A stretch of DNA of 59,549 nucleotides, filler included, from Circinaria calcarea (lineage: Eukaryota): NCBI GenBank assembly GCA_051942165.1. It is 4 parts of 4 records of this genome, joined end to end, with 100 filler letters (N's around TTAATTAATTAA, not from the genome) between each part and the next. Parts side by side here need not be neighbours in the genome. Positions count along the whole stretch, not along the records: positions 29,884 to 44,695 come from JAVECS010000406.1; positions 44,796 to 59,549 come from JAVECS010000407.1; 2 more parts are not named here. The stretch is one strand, 5' to 3'. Of the stretch, positions 34,501-47,755 are shown piece by piece. Under the pieces are notes generated by a model. That model did no database searches and was not told the DNA's origin. It worked only from the letters and a program-made list of their open reading frames with translations. Both the position numbers and the translations under genes were made by a program. Each line of letters begins with the position of its first letter. Position 1 is the stretch's first letter.

Positions 34501-36189
34501 AACCTACAGAACCAATCAAATGCAAATTGCAAGTATGAGTGAAGGTCTGTAGAAGTTAATAGCATTCGTCGCTTTTTCTTCATTTCATAGGACTCTTCAG
34601 AAGCTCTGAAGATCTCTCCGTAGAGCCTTTCAACTTGTGCTCTGATCAACTCTGGCCGGCCATTCTCTGGGATGTGAACCACTTTAAAGCTGGAATAATA
34701 CTGAGAAAGAAGCATCTTTACTGAAGTAATTTCTAGGTTCTTCCCTTTCCAAATTCTGACATAACGTTGGAGATCGGCGTTCTGCTCTAGAGCTGGCTGA
34801 AGCTCGTCCATAAGCAATTGGGTCGAGGTAGAAACATCCCATCGAGAAGCACTGATCTGATTTGCAGAGGCATTCAGAGCAATGATGGCGTGAGGTAAGG
34901 TTGGCTGATTAGAGGATGTCTCTGAAACAATCTTTGCCCAGTCAAGTAACTGAACAATTATCTTCTCAATAGATCTGATAACATCTTAGTTCTCCAAAAC
35001 AATATTGGCTTTTATTTGTAGTAAAGCTTACTGTTGGGACTTCAGGACGAGAACCACGCAATCGGCAAAAGTATATAGCAATCTAGGATATAAGTTAGTC
35101 ACCGCATACTCCCTCCTTTTCGTGTCGTCTCCTTTGGCCCATTTGACCGTCCGATTCGTTACATGTCGAGAATTGTCAATGACCCGATGTTTTCCCTGAC
35201 TTCCAAGCGACTTAGTCAATCCTCTCGCCATTGCCTTCGCCAATTTAGCTTGGGCTGCTTTGGGTTGACGATCGCCACCTTCAGTTCCCTCGCAGTCGGC
35301 GTATAGGATTGGCCTATTTGTTGCAAGACTTCTTGGATCTGCATATAGATGGACGTCGCCGGATGTAGGTGAGAGACTATCGTCAGCCCGTCCAACAACA
35401 GGTGTCTCGCAGTCTTCCTGTCCAAGAGGGCCAAGCTATATGGTAAGGCGCTTACTATTAGCGATTTTCTTCTTGCGTGAGAGCGAGGTCGATTTACATA
35501 CCTTGATGAGAAGTTTAATCAGGCTGCTTTTACCGGCGCCTATACTTCGGTCAGTCCCTGATTATACTTACATGATAGAAACAGAGACTGTAGACTGAGG
35601 CTACGTACCTGTTGGCCCAACAAAGGAAACAAGCGCGGGATAGCATCGCTCCTCACGCCAGCTCATTAACTCCGAATATCTGCTGTAGTCTTGAAATGTT
35701 GTTTCTCCATTTATCTCCCTGACGCCAAACCATGTGGTGTTTTCATCCTCTATGTGTAGTTCTTGCTGCCGATCATCTGTTTGTTGGAAGTCATAGGGCT
35801 TACCGAGGCATGTGTTACATAGGAGGTCCATGCTCAACACTTCCTACACACCTCATAAAAGCGTTTTTTCTAGTAGCATAGATAGTTCCTTAGTTACATA
35901 CTCAGATAGCATGAATGCCACCACACATTCTACTGCCCAACACTGTTGTCGATACTAGAAATGTGTCCTTGACGATAGCTGCCGTATTTGGATCTGTCTT
36001 CTCATGGGGCACACCACTCGGACTGACAGTTTTGAAAACATGAGGGGCCTGAAGCTTCCAACAGAAGTCGCAATAAAAAAAATTGCATAAATTACAATAG
36101 CTGGCCGGTCCTGGTGTGTGGTTGAAAGGCGAGTTTCCACTGTGTAATCCAGCTGCCGCATTAACGCACCTGGTTGAGTCGTCGGACAT
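31567..36189 (-). CDS. Multidomain patatin-like phospholipase: N-terminal Cys/His Zn module, P-loop GTPase-like domain, Zn/RING-like modules, patatin domain; ~10 or more exons
   Basis: CNLCNFFYCDFCW..Q.PH; VSFVGPT|GAGKSSLIK; TSGDVHLYAD...ILYADCEG; YPRLLYTFADCVV; CLVCLMRTPEHRLPCGHIICAPC; ILCLDG|GGVRG; DLIVGTS|TGG (catalytic Ser); ARATSAAPGYF; YEDGGIYHNNP (catalytic Asp). The exon 1-2 junction (~35840-35950) is unresolved. Confidence 0.85.
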
Positions 36190-37299
36190 GAATCCTTACA
36201 AAGCTCGTGAATTGTATATAATAATAAAAATAAAGGGAAAGGGAAGTATAACACAACGGGAACATGTTTTGCGCACTTACAGAGCCGCATATATACATAT
36301 ACTCGAGACAGGTCTCTCGGTCCCCAATTTGCTTACCCTGCCGGGGGGCGTGGCTGAATAAGGGTCTAGGCATATCTACGGAACAAGCTAACTGTTCACA
36401 CCTGCTCAGCCTGTCTTAGCCCGGATTCTAAACTTATCACGATATGCATGGACTATGTCGGCGGCTGTGATACTATGCTTATTGGCTATAGGTAGAAGCC
36501 TAGATTGTAGTGTTATTTCAAAGCGGCAATTGCTCCTATCTGGTGGCGATGAACAAGCCTCATGGATCCGTGTATTCTGGGATGCGATGTTCGCTCTATG
36601 CGGTATAGCGCCTACATTATCCGCCAAAATACCTTACTACCGTTATGACCCTATGGAGAGAGTGACTGTACTATGGAGGATAACTTGGTTGATTGGGGTG
36701 TTGCTAAATCTAAGTGGTGGGGGAAGACTAAATACTGCAGGTGCTGACTAAGCTCTACACCGTTTTTATATTTATAAAACCTTCGTTTCTTACCCCTATT
36801 AACGCGCAGTATTGTAAGGATCTCTACCCGAGAACCCCTACGAACCCTACGGGTGAACTGTACACCGGGTTCACGAGGTGTTGGCTTAGCGAGAAAGGTT
36901 TTCCTCGCGAAGCGTTACACTAGAATTCTTTAGCAATAATTCATACGCTTATGCGAACCAATTGAGCACATTATCACACAGTTTACCGACCCTTATTCGT
37001 AAGATCACTATACTATTCGTAAAGGATCCTTATATGGGCGTTATCTTTAATACGTTTTACCCTTGGAGATTAATTAACGGAGGGCCTTAGCGGTCGAAGG
37101 TTCCCATCTGCTATGCGTAGACTACACCTCCTTTTTCCTCTCCGTTGTAGGTGCTTGCCCGGTTCCGTTTCCGCTTCGATCATCTATCCTTAAATCGTAC
37201 TGTTTGGCAAGTCCAATTCGATGACATGAACCTGATGAAATGCCTACGGTCACGTTGTGCCTAAGCATTTGATGGGTTATTGAATAGTTGGAAGCTATC

Positions 37300-38702
37300 G
37301 AAATACTATGAATCTATAGTAGTATTTATGATAGTCATGACCCTGTAGCTTGCCCACTTGATGCGGAACAGCAAACATGTAAACATAGGGTTCAATGAAC
37401 CTCCAGGCGCATTCTGCATGGAATGCGCGGGTGTGCAGAACTTCTGCGCGGGAAACCATTCGTTCCGCCACATTCCAACAGAACCGCATAATTGGTTCTT
37501 AACCAAGTATTGAAGGTAGCTTTGTCACGGGGTCGCCGGCGACTTCCGTGGAAGTCGCCGGCTATGGCAATATGTATATTAGAGAGAGCACTGCAGCATA
37601 GAGAGTACCAAGAGACCTTACCCACTTGACAGTAGCTTCGGAAAACACCACAGAGTGACAGTCAAGGTTTAGATCCGCGCTGCAACAACTAACGCGGTTA
37701 AAATAGAAGAGGATTGTAAATGGAAAAAAGTCTCTTCTATTTGAAATCTTCGATCACCTGTTAATATTGCTTTCTGGCCTAACCAAAATAATAATAATTA
37801 AGAGTTAATAAATTTTAGCATCTTCAAGAATATTTCCATCACCCATCCAACTTGTGGCCGTTAAACGAGAACAATCTCACTTCTCGTTTGTTTTCGACGT
37901 TAACTTAAAGGATAATCTGTCAAAAAAAGGGGCTAGTTCCGGTACCCGCCAAAATAGGAACTCCTTCTTTCCATTGGGATCTGGGCCCGTTTCTGCGCAG
38001 GCTCTTCTGGTCAAATACTTCACGGTTCCAATGATGCTTGCGATTCCGGAAGATGGATAGCCAATCCCCATAAGACTGATTCGGCTGTTTTCGTATCCTA
38101 TGCCCGTGGGAGCTATGGTAGGGTGGATAAGGCGCTGAATAATCGGATAAAAAGTATGCTGCAGTATTCGTGTTTACATGACAAAAACCATCTGGGACTC
38201 GAAGTTCCCCAATGGCATTAAAGAACCTGCATGGTGGCAGTTACCAACCGGGTATTAATTCCCCCAAAAATCGGATTGTCTGGCCCTTTTGTCAAAATTT
38301 GTGGAATTCTTGACTATTGGCGACGAGAGATACTTCTGCGGATCCCAGTACGGTACCCTATGCTCGAACACTAGCTCATAAACGTATGAGCGAGGTTTAT
38401 GATGTTGGTGGTTCTAACTGAAGCCGAAAGCAAGAGGGGCTTCCTGCGAGCTTCTTTGATAGAGGTATGTGCTTTGGCCTTGCTTGTGACTTGGTTCTCG
38501 TCTCCCAGATTAGCGGCATCAGAACTGAAGAAACTAGTCCTCCAAGATCCGGATCCCAGGAGCTCAGTCCGACTGCGAGAAGAAGAAATGGCGAAATGAT
38601 GCAAACGATTCGGTAACAGTCCATATCAATGAGTCCTTGACTGCTGCCTTTTCGATCTCCGATATTGAGAGGACTATTACCGCTCAATTCTGTAATTGGC
38701 AT
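37300..38702 (-). pseudogene. Degenerate gene of unknown family
   Basis: One frame from ~38400 to ~37800 reads as protein (YVYELVFEHRVPYWDPQKYLSSP...GIGYPSSGIASIIGTVKYL...FLFWRVPELAPFFD) with isolated TAA/TGA stops; a hydrophobic signal-like segment lies upstream in another frame. Confidence 0.35.
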
Positions 38703-38999
38703 TATTTTGTGTTGAACTTTACGAGGTCTGTAGATGCTCGATAAAGTGTAGTGTAATTGGGCGTTGTATTACGTCTTCTGTTACGTATTCACAATGCAGT
38801 GAGTGAGGCAATTCATGTGTAGTATTTCAGTATGGGCGAAATCTACGTGAAGTATGAAAAGTCTATGGATTCGTAGAGAGAAAAACAACGCTTTTGTGTG
38901 TGTTCCACCACGCTAATTACTCGCGTAATAGCTCACGTAAACACGTGTTTCTGCATGTATGTCCTTAGTTCGACATTTTGGAACTCATATCACAATTAA

Positions 39000-40968
39000 G
39001 ATACTAGGGTGATTCGACTTCGAACCTAAATACAATCAACGGCAGCAAGTTCCTCCCCTCATTTCCGCAGGTAAGGCTCAACAGAAGCACTCCTGAATGT
39101 AGAGCTATTCTTAACATTATTCATGAAAGCAGCCATTCTATTTTCTCCATCGGTTCAAAGACTAGCTTTTTCGAATTCGGCAAGAATATGCTTCTTAACT
39201 GTTGTGACAGTCGTTGCCACTTCAACGAGGAAAGGCTGGTCCTACGGGCCGATATGAGTCGTAAAAATCCGTATTAGGAAACATGTCCATGTGCGGCGAG
39301 CAGCCGTTCATGGTAAATATCCAAGGCTTAAATAGATTCTTTGTTATTGGGTTATAAGCCTGAAGCGGAATTATAGAGATATACGATTAAGAGATTGCTT
39401 CTTGATTTCTCGCCATACAGCAAGTCCATCTTAGTATGATAGTCCGGAGCATCGGGCCAGCAAAATGTTGCCAAAACTAAGATTGGTATTGTCCACCACG
39501 CCGTCTTGATGCCCATCCATTGCCATTTATGTTCCTCTACCAGATTCCGTTTCGCCGTAGAAAACTCTTCATTTGGACATACCAACGAGGTAGTCTCAGA
39601 TGAGCCGAGAGTCTAGTGGAAGATATTAAAAAGTTTGCAACAGCCGGGGGCAGAGATATGAAAAGGGAGGACTGGCGGTTAATTTGTGAACCGTTAGTAA
39701 CGGAGCTAACGGCTTCAAGTTGTTCTCCCCAGAGAAAGCTTTCCGGCATCATGCGAGTCTCATCCACGTTTGAGTAGACTTCTTACTTACCAAGGCTTCC
39801 GTTTGAAATTAAACGACAGGGGGTTGCTCAGTCCCCAATTTTCACGAAATCTTGCTACGGCATTCCTTCGGATGCGACCATTTTCGAAGCAGATTTTCCT
39901 AGGCTAGGTTTCCGCCAAGAAGCTCCTTGCGTGCTTCTCTGCTAGCGTTCAGATCAAGGGCTTCAGTGCCCAAGCTGGCCTCTTCTGGACTTGGATCGGG
40001 AGACAATAACCTCTTCTTCTTGGAAGACAGCGTCGCGTTTTTGTGGCTTCCAAAGTCAACAAACAATCATGCTAAGAATGTTCACAGCATTCTGGTATCT
40101 TTGTCTTTCTGACTCCGCAGCTGTTATCGCACTCTGGGCGTGCTCCATTACAACGTCTTCGTCTCCATTCTCGAATGCTTCGGTCATCCTATTGATCTCG
40201 CTTAAGATGTCGGGCGGCATATAACGGGGTGCATTGATAGAGGTAAGCTGAGACACGTTTAGAATTTTCTTCAGCTTGGTAGAACTCGTCCCTGTGTTCC
40301 TTTTGCGGTTTTTGTTGCGATTGCTCCTTCGAAGTCCAGCTCGCTCTCGAGATGTGTTCTGTTTGGTGCGCGAAGGGAAGGGAAGGATAGTGGCGAAGAA
40401 ACGTCCCTCGTATAAGTGTCAAAACTCTCGTGTATACCGGTAGGATACCGGGCAAGAACACTGCCTCTCCTAGATTTTTGCGAAAGCTGGATAGTTCTAG
40501 GGGTAGAAAGACGTTGGGAAAGTGGCGAGGAGGAATGAGATGGAAGGGGTTCTCGAGGGGGTGGATCTCTAGAATGTGGATCTTCGGAAGGTTTCTCGAC
40601 TTTCACGAAATGGCGTTTCTTGAGAACTTCGAGGCACGCAGCCTTCTTCTTGAAAAATGGATGGATCTCCTAATTGGGATCCACATTTCCCATTTCGATC
40701 AGTTTGATAATACCTTGTTGTCCTAGGTTCTCATTGCTTTTTTCCAGAATCCACTCGTTCTTCGCAGGGGTTGCTGCCTTCTCAGTTTATTTAGCGTACT
40801 GCGATAAGTTAACGAGATAAGTGTCCACAAGGAAGCTAGGTCTTGGAAGCATCTTGTAAACTCCCATATCCTTTTGTAACCGCTCAAGATCTGCGGGTGC
40901 ATGAGTTGCTTATAGAAGAACTCCATAGTATCTAGAAGCCCAGGAAGGAGTTCAAAATATAAGCCCAT
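39000..40968 (-). pseudogene. Degenerate multi-exon gene of unknown family
   Basis: Protein-like segments (AKNEWILEKSNENLGQQGIIKLIEMGNVDPN*EIHPFFKK...; PPDILSEINRMTEAFENGDEDVVMEHAQ...; FLVEVATTVTTVKKHILAEFEKASL) broken by single stops and frameshifts. Confidence 0.4.
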
Positions 40969-42210
40969 AAAGACCGCACGAGAATGCTGAGAAGAACCGA
41001 TATGCCTCTTTGCAATTGCATAAAAAAATAATTCTTCATATATAAAACGAGAAGAATAATGGAGTACAAGTAGTAGTAGCCGTTCTTTGAAACCCGATTT
41101 CTCTATCGCTACTATTCATATATATGGGAACTATTGATATTCAGAGCAAGATTCGTCAAGATATGAATAAGATTCTAAATACAAGTTTATCTGAACTGAG
41201 GGTTTTAAAACTAGAACACCTTTAGCTTTGTTGGAGGTCCCCTTCAGTGCATATACCGAATCGACCATCAACGGTGCTCTGAAGAAACCTATTAAGTTTG
41301 AAATAAACCTACGATAAGCTTGAAGATAAGGATATAGGTTTGGAGAGTAGCGTCAATATTGATTATTAAAATATATCTGTATTTGATTTGTGCGGTCTAA
41401 TAATCATACCTATGCTCCGCGATTCATTACTTCCAGCAGCCGAATTAACACGCACTCGGGGCATTGACAGTTCTTCACACTTTTTCCAAATTACCAGAGC
41501 CTTCAGCAGGTGAAGTTGTAACATCCGTAGGACAGTTTCCCCATTGTGAAGAATCCATTTTCCTCTCGGCTTCCAGGCGTTGGCAGGTAGTAAACTGGAC
41601 ATTGAGGTTCGCAGGAGAGATATGAAAACAGTTGGACCTGAGTCGGAGCGTTGGGGTGTCCCATGTTGCTGCAAAGTGTGCCTGTCAGGCATTGATTGGC
41701 CTGCAGGAGAACTAATGATTGAACGGCAGATCAAAACGGTTATGACGGCTCCACGACGTATGCCTGCATTGTATCTTCTTAGTGGCTGAGTAAGTAACGG
41801 TTTGGTCCATAGAGTGGCAATGACGCATCGAGAACCGGCCGCGCTAGACCGGGTTAAAGCTTATCTCCACCCCTGACACCTTTCGTGGGATAGTGGGAGA
41901 GCCATCAAGGTATCTTACTGTGGGGAGGCCGGGTTTATTCATGAGCATTCAACCCTTTCTACAGAATGCGTAAGATACCTATACGCTCCGAAACAGTGCA
42001 TTCTGTCTTGTCTATGTCCCCCTATGTCATGTCTCTGCCTATAAGCAGTGTCCTCAGCCACAACAAAATGGGATCAATTCCTCCATCAACCGATATGTCT
42101 AAGTCCCCCCTCCTTTTGGATTCTTATACATACCTTAGGACCGGAGATAGATCTACGCCAGCGCCAAGACTAGATCCCAAGCCGCAAGAGCCGGAACACA
42201 TCCTCCCCAT

Positions 42211-42787
42211 TCAGGTTTCCAGATTGATAGATCTCCCAAAGCGAGCATAAAGTGCAACCTTCAGCTCCTGCATCTCTTCTCGGACGCCGCTCAACTTCTC
42301 TTCCACAGCCAGGACGGCTTCTTCGATCTTCGCGGTCGAGGAAGCAAGCATTTCTTGTACCTCCGGCAGTGGTAAGGAGACAAATGAGTCTCCTATCTTG
42401 TAGCTATGAGATCTAACTTAGCCACTTTGTAATCTCAACATTGATTGTAGGAAGGGGACCTACGGTATCTTATCTTCTTCATCGGCTAATTCGAGTTCGT
42501 TGGATACTTCATCCAAATCCTCCTTGTCCTTCTGTAACACCTCGATTATTAGCATAACGGACGATGCTGGCCCTCTGTAACTGACCGCTTTGGCCTTCAA
42601 CTCTTCCTCCAGTAGCATCTCGCGTTGGTGGAGTCTGCTGAATCGATTGATCTTATCCTGGTCTTCACGCCGAACCTCATTCTCATCGGTGCTAACCGCG
42701 GCCTCGTCTTCTTTGGATAGCTAAAAAATTTGGTGTAAGTCAAGTCCGATTAGATGTTTGTGCTATACCTACCATACGGCGCTGCAT
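42211..42787 (-). CDS. GIM3: Prefoldin subunit 4; 4 exons
   Basis: Not in the ORF track. MQRRM|LSKEDEAAVSTDENEVRREDQDKINRFSRLHQRE...KA|KDKEDLDEVSNELELADEEDKIP|YKIGDSFVSL...MQELKVALYARFGRSINLET*, with three GT-AG introns. Confidence 0.93.
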
Positions 42788-43910
42788 TTTGCTGCGGGAG
42801 TTAACTTATACACAAAAGGGCAGTCAGAGGTAATTTGATTACCCGAATTGCTAATCATGCTGACAGACTACCTAGTCCAGGGCATTCCATGTTGATATGA
42901 AGTAATGATGTGCCTGTTCCGAAAGAGAGACGGATATTTCGGTTTTGTTATCTCGCTCATAATAAATTACTAGTAGACACTATCTTAAGCGATGAATATT
43001 TTACTCTCTGGGCGGGGATCCGATTGGATTATCGGGAGTACTCCGTATATTATTAACAGGCTGTATCAATGAATTACCGTCTTACATGTACAAAGGGACC
43101 CTGAAAAAGCGCCTACATTTTCGCCTCTCACTGTGCATTGTTGAAGCCGCTCACGAACATAACGCTGACGCGTGATTTGATGGCGAAACCACGGATGAAT
43201 TGAGCAGCTCTTTTGGATGATAAATGTATCATGAGGAGCACAAGACTTTGGAGTCTTCATCACAGAGATCCCAAACATCTCCCTTGCCCAACTACCTTTT
43301 CATCGGCAACAGCGTGTTACTTTTCAAAGTCGAAGGCAAGGACTATTTGACAATTTATATCGCCATCGACTATTGGCAATCCTTGGGACGAGAGTACTCA
43401 ATGACGGGAATTTTATTTTGGAGACGACGATGTCTGGTTAGATTACCTAGACCGTGGCCTGCTTATCCGATTGCATTGGAAATCTATTTCTACTTCTTTT
43501 CACACAGGTAGGAGTCGTCTGCTTGCTTCTACCATTGTCATTGATTGGCTTTGAATTCTCCTCGACGCCAATTAAGGAAATGGACGGACAGTCTCTCTTA
43601 TCTTTCTCCGCCAACTGTATCTTTATAGCCTACTTCTCTCGGCTAATCAAAAATCATCCCACCTACTTGGCGGTGTGGAGCCTTCCCGTCCATCACGGAT
43701 CGATCCAATCCTTATCGCACACAACCAGGTTCATTAGATATACCTCTGCCGTACGTGTAGCACATACCGAGGCTGTTTGGGGCTTTATTTAACCTATGTT
43801 TGTGCCGCCATACTCAGTTGTTTCTTATTACCGTCTTGTTTTTTGATCTTCAGACTTGATTTGAATTTGATCCTGCACAGCGTGTTGCCTGGTCGTCGGC
43901 GATTGTAGAT

Positions 43911-44695
43911 ATGTCTTCGCAGGGAGATACGTCTCAGCCGCATGCTCGGAAGGCCCCAACAGCTTCTGCTCCAGCGCTGGCCAGTGTAGATGACGCCGCT
44001 GTCTTAGGTATGCTCGGATTATGGACTGCATATCTCCATTGACTGACTTCTGCAACAGCCAAGCTCGGGTACAAGCAGGAACTACGCCGCAACTTCAGCA
44101 TGGTCGAGGTATTTGGTATCGCTTTCAGTATCATGGGACTTATGCCATCAATTGCCTCTACGTTGGCATACTCAATTCCTGCAGGACCCGTCGGTTTGGT
44201 TTGGGTCAGCCGAGAAACAAAACTTAATATGGATGCCCCGGCTAAAACGTGTTTAGGGCTGGTTTTTGGCTAGCGGCTTTATTTTCATTGTTGGATTGGC
44301 GATGGTAAGCGTTTGGTGGGACACGACTTTGAAAGTTCACTGAGGACGCCTAGGCCGACCTCGGGTCCGCTATGCCAACGACAGGTATGCTACTATTATA
44401 GCGAGATCCTTGACACATCTTGACCGATTTATAGGTGGACTGTATTGGTGGACACACTTCTTCGCATCTCCGGCCACACGCAATCCACTGTGCTTTTTGG
44501 TCGGGTACAGTAATACTTTGGGTCTTGTTGGCGGTCTTGTTTCAATTGACTGTGAGTACTTCAGAGACCGTATATGCACCACGAGCTTAGCTCTCATGAT
44601 CGCGGCGTCCTGGTACACGTGGCAAGTGAAATATGGAGAAGGATGCCCAGTCATTACCAATTGAATGCTTCGCAGACAATCAACAAACTAATGTG
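43911..44695 (+). CDS. 5' part of an APC/ACT-family amino-acid (GABA/choline-type) permease, truncated by the gap
   Basis: Spliced: DDAAVLA KLGYKQELRRNFSMVEVFGIAFSIMG...AGPVGLVW|GWFLASGFIFIVGLAM|ADLGSAMPTT|GGLYWWTHFFA...FLVGYSNTLGLVGG. Confidence 0.9.
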
Positions 44696-44795
44696 NNNNN
44701 NNNNNNNNNNNNNNNNNNNNNNNNNNNNNNNNNNNNNNNTTAATTAATTAANNNNNNNNNNNNNNNNNNNNNNNNNNNNNNNNNNNNNNNNNNNN
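44696..44795. other. Artificial contig linker
   Basis: 44 N + TTAATTAATTAA + 44 N. Confidence 0.97.
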
Positions 44796-45449
44796 ACCGA
44801 ACTAGCACCGATGTACCTCACCCACCCCTTCTCCACTACATCATTCAATGCCTTCATAATCTCCTCCCGATTCGTATCTCTGTCCAAACGATGGATCTGT
44901 AGCACATCGATATAAGTTCCCAGCCTCTTCACGCTCGCCTCGACGGCATCGAAGATATGCTTCCGTGATAATCCGACTTGGTTGACCATATCCCCATCAT
45001 TAGTCGATAGGGCTGCGATGGTCGGCTGTTTGCCGGGGTAACCAACGCCGAAGTAACATTTACTAAGGATAACAAGCTTCGAGCGAGGGATGGAGTATTT
45101 CTCAATCGCTTTGCCGATTATCTCTTCAGATCGGCCGTTCGAATACACGTCTGCCTAAAGAGAGGAAGTCATCAGCAAACAATCCACGAGATCCATTCGC
45201 GGTCAAGATCTGATTGTAGGGAAGTACTTCATACAGTGTCCCAGGTATTCAACCCGACTTTGTAGGCATGTTCGAGTAGTGGTAAAGCTTCCTCTTCGTT
45301 TAGAACCCAGCCTTGCCACTCGCTACTCCCATAGGACATGGCACCCAGGATGACTTTGGAGACCTTGAGGCCCGACTTTCCAAGACTAAAGCATTGTTAA
45401 TATCGCAAACGGTAAGGGAAGGACGCCAGTCGTACCGTGTATACTCCAT
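44796..45449 (-). CDS. 5' part of an aldo-keto reductase (aryl-alcohol dehydrogenase/YajO-like), truncated by the gap
   Basis: [24 protein letters not shown]...[21 protein letters not shown]...VILSKC...[31 protein letters not shown]...VRYIGASS (Asp/Tyr/Lys/His tetrad). Confidence 0.93.
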
Positions 45450-46032
45450 TGCTTGTCTAGGACGTAGCTTTTGGAATTGGTCTATTGAGATTGATCAAAA
45501 GAGTTGCTAAGACTGACCACTCAGGCTTCTTATCATCTTTCCCAATGCCGTCCGTCTTAAGTCCTTCTGGCGGAGATTTCGACGGATTTTGCCATTATCT
45601 CCGAGCATAAAGAGTTCTACGCCAGTAGATATGACACTGCAGAACCCCTCGCACAAGATCCATAGCTCATCGGATACCATAAGACCTCCAACGTATAGAA
45701 GTCTGTTTAAAAATCTCGACTTATAGGTGGTGGTAATAGATCACCCCTCATACAATAACTATCTTTTATCGGTAACAACTTTTGCCCCCCAGCCCCGAAT
45801 GTAATGCAGATACCCATTTCAGATCACTCATCCACACGACTCCATGCTGAAAGGCCTTTTGCACAGTTTAGCAAAACTTGATTAAAACTTTGTTATGTAT
45901 GGTAACCCGGTATCGATACCTGTCTTTATGTCCAGAGTGATTACTCGGCGTTAACACCTGATGTATCTATCTAAGCTCGCCTTCTACTTATGGGTTAATG
46001 AATAGCCTTGTCTGTACCCGCTGTCCCTTTCG

Positions 46033-47755
46033 TCACCGGTCATCTTTCCACCCAAGCGCATTATCAATCCAATCTAGTAGAGGCTTCTGCGAACTCTTCC
46101 TTCCAGCTACCTGATGTTTATCAATTCCCGCTGCTTGGTATTCTACCTGTATGGCTTCGATCCTACCCTGCCCAGGCTGCTTGGTAGAGGGAAATGAAGC
46201 ATAAGGGGTTTGTGGCTCTATGACGCACGTTCTTCTTTCGTCCTCCGTAGCCTTGGACTTTGTGTCTTGTTTCCAGCCACTCTTGGACGTTGATGTGCTT
46301 AAACGTCCCTTCGACCACTGCAGACAGTTGTGTATCCACCTCGTGTTTTTAGGAGAGTCGATTTTGAATGGGAAGAATAATCCCGAAGCTAAACTCCTAC
46401 CGTCATCTTCGGTACCCTGTCGGTAGAAGCAAGCAAAAACAATCAGAAGGCCCAGAAAAACACATTGCCTTTTCCATCTACTAGCACGAGACTCCGTGAG
46501 AAGATATTCCGGTCCCGAACTCTTGAAAACTTTAGCGACAGGCTGTACGTCAGATGCTTCTCGAGGCTTTTCCAAACTGGAATCGAGCAATGTCTCTGAC
46601 ACATTGTCTTCATTCTCCGACGACTCCGTTACGCATTCGTTGAGATTATTGCAGGAGGCGAGCCTCAGTACCATGGATTCGGCATTGGAGATTCCAGAGT
46701 CACAGTCTCCAGAGACATTGCTAGAGCGAAGAGCCTTCTGTCCATTTTTCGAAGCTAAAGAATCGAACCGTTCATCCTTGAACGGTATTTGATATGTAAT
46801 GGATAACTTGTGGCCTGGGGCCAATCTTGGCAGTCTCACTGCATGACTGTCGTCGTGCTTGGACTCTGGGGTAACTCGTCCTCCCTTAAACGCACCAACC
46901 CACGACATAGCAACTGTTGGGTGAAGTCAGCGTTACATGATAGCTAGAGGCACGAAATGTCTTACTAGCGGCTAGATTGCATTCTATCGAAACAGCGGGT
47001 ATGTTCTCACATATAGGCTCTAAGAACGAGAATTCAACTTCCAACTGGCGATCACCTTCAATGATGTTGCTCCAATTATCTGGATCAAGGCTGAAATTGA
47101 TTCCCATTCTAATATCGCCTTGGACGGATCTGATAACAGGCGATGGATGGCCCACATAAGGATCGTCATCAGACTCGTCTTGAGGACCTCGGACGCTTAA
47201 CCGTCGGGCATTAGGACACGGACTAGATGTGCTGAGAGTGGAGAGACTAGCCGATCTCATGAAGTCTTGCTTTCCGTCATTGAGAAAGCCCATAAGCTTA
47301 CTTGGAGGCGAGAAGTCTGGCCGGCGGGGCAAATGCCCCGGTTCCAAGATACTCCTCGGAGTAACTTGAGCCACATTACCCTCCTTTGCGTGTGGGATGG
47401 CTGAAGGTGTGGATGTCCCAATGGTGCTGCTGCCAGATGGCATTTTGACACTGGTACCAGACGTATAGTTAGTCGTGCCGCTGTTGGCCTCGAAATCGTA
47501 GCGTTTTGTTAGAGCAAAAAAGTCGCTTTCACTGAGAAAACTAGTGGTTGGTTCCTCTAATGGAATTGGTGATGGACATTGTGATTCGATTTGCCTCCAC
47601 CTTATAATTGAAGAAGCGGGCTGTAGCGGGAATATCTTGTTCCTGATGCGCTCCTCCAGACCAGTCGATGAACGGGGGCTTCGGGGCTGCAACAAAGTAT
47701 CGAGAAGGGTTGGACGACCGTCTTGGTTGCTAGTTGAATATCTGTGGGTCTCCAT
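46033..47755 (-). CDS. Hypothetical protein with a single TM helix near the C-terminus; 2 exons (47755-46966, 46913-46033)
   Basis: ORFs 46886..47755 and 46033..46908 join via a 52-nt intron 46914-46965 (GTAAGA...GCTGAC...CAG); TM segment CVFLGLLIVFACFY; C-terminal LLDWIDNALGWK. Confidence 0.7.

Noticed and set aside
36888..36923. Hairpin followed by CTAG resembling a Helitron 3' end
   Set aside because: Imperfect stem, next base is A not T, and no Rep/helicase or second copy is visible.
31165..41926. TTAC-N7-A at 31165 and 41915 as Starship direct repeats around the patatin island
   Set aside because: Five fixed bases recur about once per kb; not evidence without an empty-site alignment.
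41366..43792. Short ORFs at 41366..41734 and 43224..43792
   Set aside because: No motifs or consistent splice model; may be decayed sequence but cannot be supported.
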